The translations under genes and the position numbers were made by a program. 64,000 nucleotides of DNA from Bryobacterales bacterium (lineage in GTDB: Bacteria > Acidobacteriota > Terriglobia > Bryobacterales > UBA6623), in assembly GCA_965214915.1 (NCBI GenBank), contig CBDCCP010000002.1, forward strand, positions 1,419,807-1,483,806, given 5' to 3'. The notes below the pieces were generated by a model. It did no database searches and was not told the DNA's origin. It saw nothing but the letters and a program-made list of their open reading frames with translations. Of the stretch, positions 58,644-64,000 are shown one piece after another. Numbering within the stretch: the stretch's first letter is position 1; each line of letters begins with the position of its first letter.

Positions 58644-59468
58644 TCAGTCACCGTAGTCCGCCCTTGTCTCATCGGCTTCGGTAAGACGCAGAGGAGAAAA
58701 AAGGCCGTCGATATGCTCGAACAGATCGTCGGAAATCTTATGCCACATCGGATCGAGGATGAACTCGACTCCCTCACGGCGCGCCAACTTGGCCGCTGGC
58801 GCGAAGTCACTATCGCCGGTGGCAAGAACGATGGTATCGGCTTGTTTTTTCAACGTGATAGAGGCGATGTCGAGGCCGATGCGCATATCGACCCCCTTTT
58901 GCCGCAGGCCAAGCGAAACATCGCGTTCTTCGAGATTTGGCCAAGCAGCGGCCAGTTCCTTGAATTCAGCGATTTCATCGTGCGACAGAGGAGACGGGCA
59001 ACGATCTTGCTGCCCTTGCAGATGTGTTTTCAGAACAGTGATCCGTTCCCTCGCCTTCAGCAACCGCTTGGTCAGGCGCGGTGAAATTCGCCAGTCGCTC
59101 TCCTTGGCGACCTTTCCCAGACGAAGGGCGAATTTCCGCTTGCGACGGAGAGCATTGAACAATTCCCGACGGAATATCGCTTCAGCGGTTTTGTCGAACT
59201 CAACACGGCGATTCTGAATCGGATGATGGGACACGCCGTCGTAGGGAGACGCATCGTAGTAGAAGAGGCGATATACATGATCGAGCCAGCGGCTGTGCTT
59301 TTCGTCCTCTGCTTCCCCGATCAGTTTCTGAACATGACGCTTACATAGAAAACGGGCCGTTTCCGCAACAGCTTCGGCGGTACCACGAAACTTTTCATCG
59401 ACAACCTTAGGCAGCCGTTTCAGGAAGAACCCACCGTCGATGAGCACGGCTATGCGTCGCGTCCTCAC
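58644..59468 (-). CDS. NYN-domain (LabA-like PIN-fold) ribonuclease-family protein
   Basis: RIAVLIDGGFF (first acidic block), LFYYDASP, KGVDMRIGLDIASI, IVLATGDSDFAPAAKLARREGV. GTG 59468 is preferred as start; TTG 59498 in the ORF track is the alternative. Lower GC than its neighbours. Confidence 0.8.
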   Translation of the reverse strand: MRTRRIAVLIDGGFFLKRLPKVVDEKFRGTAEAVAETARFLCKRHVQKLIGEAEDEKHSRWLDHVYRLFYYDASPYDGVSHHPIQNRRVEFDKTAEAIFRRELFNALRRKRKFALRLGKVAKESDWRISPRLTKRLLKARERITVLKTHLQGQQDRCPSPLSHDEIAEFKELAAAWPNLEERDVSLGLRQKGVDMRIGLDIASITLKKQADTIVLATGDSDFAPAAKLARREGVEFILDPMWHKISDDLFEHIDGLFSPLRLTEADETRADYGD

Positions 59469-59613
59469 TGCCGCACCCAAAAAAACGAGAAGCCCCAAGT
59501 TTTCTGCACACGCTCAGGATAAGCGAGCGGGCGTACTGGCTTGGGGCGGATACATCCTCAATATGGTCCGTCTTGAAGTCTGAAGTCAAGGGCCGGCAGC
59601 CCCATGCTCTTCC

Positions 59614-62157
59614 TCAGAGCCGCGGATCGACGGGCTCGCTTTCCAGAGCGAGGACGCCCAGGACGCACTCGTGAACCCGCGCGAGCGGCTGCTTTTCGAC
59701 AAAGCGGTGCAGCCCCTCCAGGCCGATCCGGTGCTCCCGGGTCGCCAGGGAACGCTTGCGCCCCGTGCCGCGTTGGCGCAGTCGCTCGAGGTTGCCGGGC
59801 TCGCCGTAATCCGGCCCGTAGATGATCCGCAGATAGTCCCGGCCGCGCACCTTCAGGGCCGGTTGCAGCGAGCCGTTTTCGACCCCGGCGGTCCAGTCGT
59901 TGGGCTTGAGCACCATCCCTTCGCCCCCGCCGTCGGTATGCTCCAGCCACCATGCGGCGACGGCCGCGCAGTCGGCCTCGTTGCCCGGGTCGAGCCGCCG
60001 CCAGACGGTCGGCTTGAGCATCGGCTCCTCCGCGGCCAGCCGCTCCAGCGTCTCCATGTGCCAGGCATGGCTGCGGTCCGTGAACACCCTGCCTTCGGCG
60101 GCCAGCAGATGGAAGGGCGCGACAAGATAGTCGTCGACGCTCTCCACGCTCCAGCAGTAACCCTCGATGATCGTGTTCATGCAGGCCGCATTCGCCCGCC
60201 TGCTCGCGGCGGCGTTGCGCAGGGCGTCCAGCCCGGGATCGGCGCGGGCGCGCCCGACGGCCTCGAGCAGCGCCTCGGCGGAGGCGCGCGCCCCGGCGGC
60301 CGTCGGGCGGAATTGACTCCGGAGCAGATCGACGGCCTTGGCCGACCAGGGCATGATCTCGGCATCCAGCAGAACCCAACCGGTCCGGAGTTCTTCCCAA
60401 AGCCCGCTCGAAGTCATGGCCGCGCCGACGCGGGCGACGACTTCCGCCTCGTCGGAATCGCTGCGGAAAAAGCTGCGGCCCGTTCGGGTATAGACGACGC
60501 CGGCCTTGCCGTCGTCCGCGCCGAACCTTGCGCGCGCCGTTGCGGCGTCCCGGGCGACGACGAGCAATGCCCGGGAGCCCATGTGCTTCTCTTCCGCCAC
60601 CAGATCGGAGACGCCGCGGCTCTGGTAGTACTGCAAAGCTTGATCCGGGTGCTCCAGGTACGGCCCGTCCGGAACCGCGGCGGGCGGAGCCATCGTGGGC
60701 GGCAGGTACGCCAGCCAACGGGGATCGATGCCGAAGCGGCTCATCACCTCCAAGGCCGCCAAGCCGTTTTCCGCCGGGATAACGACCGGCCTGCCGAACC
60801 TGGTTTCGATGCGCCGTTTCCCTGTGTAGTCGTCGAAGTACAGCAGTTCGTCGTGGACCTGTTGGGCGGTGCGCCCGCGCCGCGGAATCGGCCTGACCGG
60901 GACGGCGTACGAGCGGGCGGCGGGTACGGCGACCAGTTCCCGCTCCGGCCAGCGCAGCGCGGTCAGCCTGCCGCCGACCGCGCAGCCCGTGTCGATGCAA
61001 ATCGTGCGGTTCAGCCACTCGGCCTCCGCCGCCGGAGTATGACCGAAGACGACCTCGGCTCGGCCGCGGTAGTCGCGGGCCCATTCGAGCCTCACCGGCA
61101 GGCCGTGCTCGTCGGTTTCGCCGGTCGTCTCGCCGTACATGGAGAACTCCCGAACGGCGGCGGACCCGCGGCCGTGCATCTCCTCTTTGAGCCCTGCGTG
61201 GGCGACCACCAACTCCCCGCCCGCAAGCCAGTAGTGCGAACGCAGGGTGTCGAGAAATGCGGCCATGCGGCCCCGAAATGCCTCGGATGTGCGCCCCAAC
61301 TCGGCCACGGTCAACTCGAGTCCGTGGGCGATTTGCACCCGGCGCCCGCGCAGCCACCTACTCAGCTTGAAGTCGTGGTTGCCCATGACGCAGCGCGCCG
61401 CGCCGTCTGCGCACATGCCGGCCACAAGGCGCAGACAGTCCACGTTGCGCGGCCCCCGATCCGTGATGTCGCCGACGAAAACAACCGTCCGCCCCTCGGG
61501 ATGGCGGGCGCGGATAAACGCTTCCGAGCCGGCCTCGAACGGTTCGATGCGGTAACCGAGCCTCTCAAGCAAAGCCGCGAGCTCGTCGAAGCAGCCGTGG
61601 ATGTCCCCAATGATGTCGAACGGGCCGCGGTCCGCTCGCCGGTCCGTCCAAAGCGGTTCTCGCGTGATTTCGGCGGCGTCCGCCTCCTCGGGCGACTTGA
61701 TGATGTAAACCTGTCGAAAGCCCTCCTTGCGGATGCCCCGCAGGCCGCGGCGCAGTTCCGCCGACTGGTTGCGCACAACGCGGGGGCTGAGGCCGCGTCC
61801 CTCCCGGTTCCGGGCGATGCACAGGGCAGGGTCGATGTCGAGCGCCACGACGACCGGGAGCGCATGGTATTCCCCCGCAATGCGGATCAGGGATGCGCGG
61901 TCCTCGCGGCGGACGGCCGTGCTGTCGATGACCGTGAGCTTGCGGCGCTTCAGACGCAGCGCCGCCGTACGGCCCAGCAAGTCGAACGCGTCGGCGGTCG
62001 CCGACTGATCGGCCTCGTCGTCCGCCACCAGCGCCCGGCAGCGATCGGAGGAGACGATCTCCGTTTCCAGGAAGTGCTTGCGAGCGAAGGTCGATTTGCC
62101 GGCGCCGGTCGCGCCCGCCAGCACCACCAGCGAAAAATCGGGAATGGCGATCCTCAT
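59614..62157 (-). CDS. pnkp: bacterial polynucleotide kinase-phosphatase (Pnkp: kinase, phosphoesterase and ligase-like adenylyltransferase domains)
   Basis: 847 aa from ATG 62157. P-loop LAGATGAGKSTF; metallophosphoesterase GDIHGCFDEL, GDITDRGP, GNHD; ligase-type lysine motif EEKHMGSRA. ATGA overlap with the hen1 stop. The 180-codon upstream extension in the ORF track is rejected. Confidence 0.9.
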   Translation of the reverse strand: MRIAIPDFSLVVLAGATGAGKSTFARKHFLETEIVSSDRCRALVADDEADQSATADAFDLLGRTAALRLKRRKLTVIDSTAVRREDRASLIRIAGEYHALPVVVALDIDPALCIARNREGRGLSPRVVRNQSAELRRGLRGIRKEGFRQVYIIKSPEEADAAEITREPLWTDRRADRGPFDIIGDIHGCFDELAALLERLGYRIEPFEAGSEAFIRARHPEGRTVVFVGDITDRGPRNVDCLRLVAGMCADGAARCVMGNHDFKLSRWLRGRRVQIAHGLELTVAELGRTSEAFRGRMAAFLDTLRSHYWLAGGELVVAHAGLKEEMHGRGSAAVREFSMYGETTGETDEHGLPVRLEWARDYRGRAEVVFGHTPAAEAEWLNRTICIDTGCAVGGRLTALRWPERELVAVPAARSYAVPVRPIPRRGRTAQQVHDELLYFDDYTGKRRIETRFGRPVVIPAENGLAALEVMSRFGIDPRWLAYLPPTMAPPAAVPDGPYLEHPDQALQYYQSRGVSDLVAEEKHMGSRALLVVARDAATARARFGADDGKAGVVYTRTGRSFFRSDSDEAEVVARVGAAMTSSGLWEELRTGWVLLDAEIMPWSAKAVDLLRSQFRPTAAGARASAEALLEAVGRARADPGLDALRNAAASRRANAACMNTIIEGYCWSVESVDDYLVAPFHLLAAEGRVFTDRSHAWHMETLERLAAEEPMLKPTVWRRLDPGNEADCAAVAAWWLEHTDGGGEGMVLKPNDWTAGVENGSLQPALKVRGRDYLRIIYGPDYGEPGNLERLRQRGTGRKRSLATREHRIGLEGLHRFVEKQPLARVHECVLGVLALESEPVDPRL

Positions 62158-63566
62158 GCCGCAACCTCCGCCGCGGGGGAGCGCTCGAACACCGCCATTT
62201 GCGAAGGCGCTCCCGCCTCTCCGCTCTGCGGGCCGACCGCCTGGAACTCGACGGAGTAGCCCCGCTTGGCGGCGACGCCTTGCCCCCAGGAGCGGAATTC
62301 CGCGCGGGTCCATTCGAAGCGGTGGTCGGCATGGCGGAAAGCCTCGGGCTTGAGACCCGGGAACCGGCAGTTGTATTCCCGATTGGGAGTGGTCACCGCG
62401 ACCAGGCGCGGGCGCGCCCGGCCGAACAGCGCTTCCGCCAACGCCGGCAGCCTCGACGGCTCGATGTGCTCGATGACTTCGACCAGAGTCGCCGCGTCGA
62501 AACCCCGCCAACGGCGGTCGCCGTAGGTGAGGCTGCCCATCTGCACTGCAACCCGTTCTTCGGCGGAGGATGCGTCCAGGTCGAGGCGCAGACGCCGGGC
62601 GGCCCTCTCCACCGCGGCGACCGACGCATCCACGCCGACAATCCGTTTGACCCACGGCTCCTCCGCCAAGCGCTGGATCAGTCTTCCATCCCCGCAACCG
62701 AGGTCCAAAATGCTGGAAACGCCTTGCTCCCGTAAGGTCCGCACCACGGTTTCGTAGCGCAATTCGTGCAGGCGGATGGGTTGTTCCAGCGTTTCTTCTC
62801 TGTCCGGCGGCGGAGATTCCGCGGAACCGGCGGCTGCGCCGGACTCATCGAGCCGCGCGAGCGCGGCGTTCGTCAGCTTGCGCTCGTGCTTCAGCGCCCG
62901 CCGAGCGATCAATTCCTTGGCCGGATGGTCCGCCAGCCAACCTTTCCCTTTTTCCAGCAGCTTATCGACCTCGTCGCCGGCGACCCAGTAGTGCTTGCGA
63001 TTGTCGAGCACCGGGATCAGTACGTAGAGATGCCTCAAGATGTCGCGCAAACGGACTTCGCCGGCAATGCGCAACGCGAAAAGCGGATACATTCCGGCAT
63101 CGGAAAGGGGCGTCAGCGTCACGGCGTAGCCGAGCGGCGCAAAAAGCGATTCGATGACTGCGGAGCCGCCCGCCGCCGCGACCGGCGTCACGAGAGCCTC
63201 AAGCGGCAGCGCCCGGTCCGCCAGGGATTGGCGCTCCTTGGACGTGCCCGCCATCGCCTGGTTGTAAGCCCGAGCGAGAGCGACCGACAGGAACGAATTC
63301 GCGACATAGGGCCGATCATTGACGTATTGGGAGAGCAGGCCGTCAGCATTGCGGTTCGCGCTGCGCGCCAGATCGATCGGATCCATCTCCAGATGGAGCA
63401 CGGCAGAAGTCTTCCGCTCCCCGGCAGCCGTGTAGAAAACCGTGATTCTCCCGACGGATATCTCGCGCTCGAACAGGCGGTCCGGGTGCTTGCCCAGCAG
63501 GAACCCGATATCGCGGGCGGAATACCCTGCCCCGGACGGAGCCTCCAATGTAATCTCAACCTGCAT
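62154..63566 (-). CDS. hen1: bacterial Hen1 3'-terminal RNA ribose 2'-O-methyltransferase
   Basis: N-terminal Pnkp-activating-type domain (MQVEITLEAP...FLLGKHPDRL...) and C-terminal SAM methyltransferase (SILDLGCGDGRL, VGVDAS, LVEVIEHIEP). ATG 63566 preferred; 63596 alternative. Confidence 0.9.
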   Translation of the reverse strand: MQVEITLEAPSGAGYSARDIGFLLGKHPDRLFEREISVGRITVFYTAAGERKTSAVLHLEMDPIDLARSANRNADGLLSQYVNDRPYVANSFLSVALARAYNQAMAGTSKERQSLADRALPLEALVTPVAAAGGSAVIESLFAPLGYAVTLTPLSDAGMYPLFALRIAGEVRLRDILRHLYVLIPVLDNRKHYWVAGDEVDKLLEKGKGWLADHPAKELIARRALKHERKLTNAALARLDESGAAAGSAESPPPDREETLEQPIRLHELRYETVVRTLREQGVSSILDLGCGDGRLIQRLAEEPWVKRIVGVDASVAAVERAARRLRLDLDASSAEERVAVQMGSLTYGDRRWRGFDAATLVEVIEHIEPSRLPALAEALFGRARPRLVAVTTPNREYNCRFPGLKPEAFRHADHRFEWTRAEFRSWGQGVAAKRGYSVEFQAVGPQSGEAGAPSQMAVFERSPAAEVAA

Positions 63567-63671
63567 GGAATCGACGCCCCCGAAGACGTCGGTCAACCCG
63601 CGCCGGAACCCCTGTTTTCAGTGTAGGGCACGATTTTCCCCGGCGTTTCAGGCGCCTGCGCCCATCCCGGC

Positions 63672-64000
63672 CTACCGGGCGTAATCCGCGCCGGCGTCGC
63701 TTCGCGCGCACGAAGCGTCCCAGGCGGCGAGCTCGCCGCGCATGGATTTAGCAATCTCGGGCAGCTTCTCGGCCAGGTTGTAGCGCTCGCCGGGATCGAC
63801 GGTAATGTCGTAAAGCATGTCTTGGCGCTGCCCGTCGAGGTACGAGAGCAGTTTGTAACGGTTGTCGATCAGGGCGTGGTCGGGCGAGCCCAGACGCGCC
63901 GCTTCACTTCTGACGCCGCCCGTTGTCTGCAATCCGATCGGGCGCGGCCTCTCGGCCATTTCTCCCGCGATCAGCGGCATCAGGTTCACGCCGTCGCGCG
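63672..64000 (-). CDS. sulfatase, C-terminal part (gene continues beyond the window)
   Basis: ...YKLLSYLDGQRQDMLYDITVDPGERYNLAEKLPEIAKSMRGELAAWDA is a typical arylsulfatase C-terminus. Partial at the window edge. Confidence 0.7.
   Translation of the reverse strand, partial: RDGVNLMPLIAGEMAERPRPIGLQTTGGVRSEAARLGSPDHALIDNRYKLLSYLDGQRQDMLYDITVDPGERYNLAEKLPEIAKSMRGELAAWDASCARSDAGADYAR

Noticed and set aside
59566-59584. Short hairpin/direct repeat (CTTGAAGTCTGAAGTCAAG) between pnkp and the NYN gene as a terminator
   Set aside because: Only a 5-bp stem with a 9-nt loop and no T-run on the transcribed strand, so it is not convincing as a terminator. Co-transcription therefore remains open.
59558-62259. 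599-aa and 862-aa ORFs overlapping pnkp in other frames, and the 1027-aa version of pnkp (to 62697)
   Set aside because: Low-complexity translations. The pnkp start at 62157 gives the canonical N-terminal P-loop and couples to the hen1 stop. The extension overlaps hen1 coding sequence.

Overview
GC-rich (about two-thirds G+C by eye, not computed) bacterial chromosomal window, densely coding on both strands. I can support about 50 CDS, one tRNA-Arg(CCT), one apparently intact IS5-family element and about ten gene remnants. I found no rRNA and no CRISPR array. Several features suggest an Acidobacteriota genome of the Bryobacter/Solibacter type (inference): two secreted peptidases with the TIGR03437 Solibacter-type C-terminal domain, a DUF1592/DUF1552 pair, a BlaR1-type M56 sensor fused to a TonB C-terminal domain, DUF1080 proteins and many signal-peptide proteins. 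The clear housekeeping genes are pyrB-pyrC. Five things stand out. (1) A hen1-pnkp RNA-repair operon is followed on the same strand by a NYN-domain RNase and sits next to a stub of an acyl-CoA dehydrogenase gene. This is my best candidate for an undescribed three-gene RNA damage/repair module. (2) A ~1.07 kb inverted repeat (21316-22383 vs 43707-44779) brackets 21.3 kb. It carries the 3' end of an M36 protease gene plus an AT-rich small membrane-protein gene. (3) A rearrangement scar at 41.5-45.0 kb contains truncated sulfatase, NHL, IS110 and ECF-sigma remnants, 237-bp direct repeats exactly 1860 bp apart and a clean junction at 44779/44780. It lies beside an orphan SLATT-like 2TM protein. 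(4) A probable six-gene operon (13179-21555) encodes four tandem paralogous secreted proteins, a DUF6152-like protein and an M36 metalloprotease. (5) A ~58-bp direct repeat flanks a lower-GC gene beside a blaI/blaR1-headed operon. All homology calls come from reading the translations; no searches were run.
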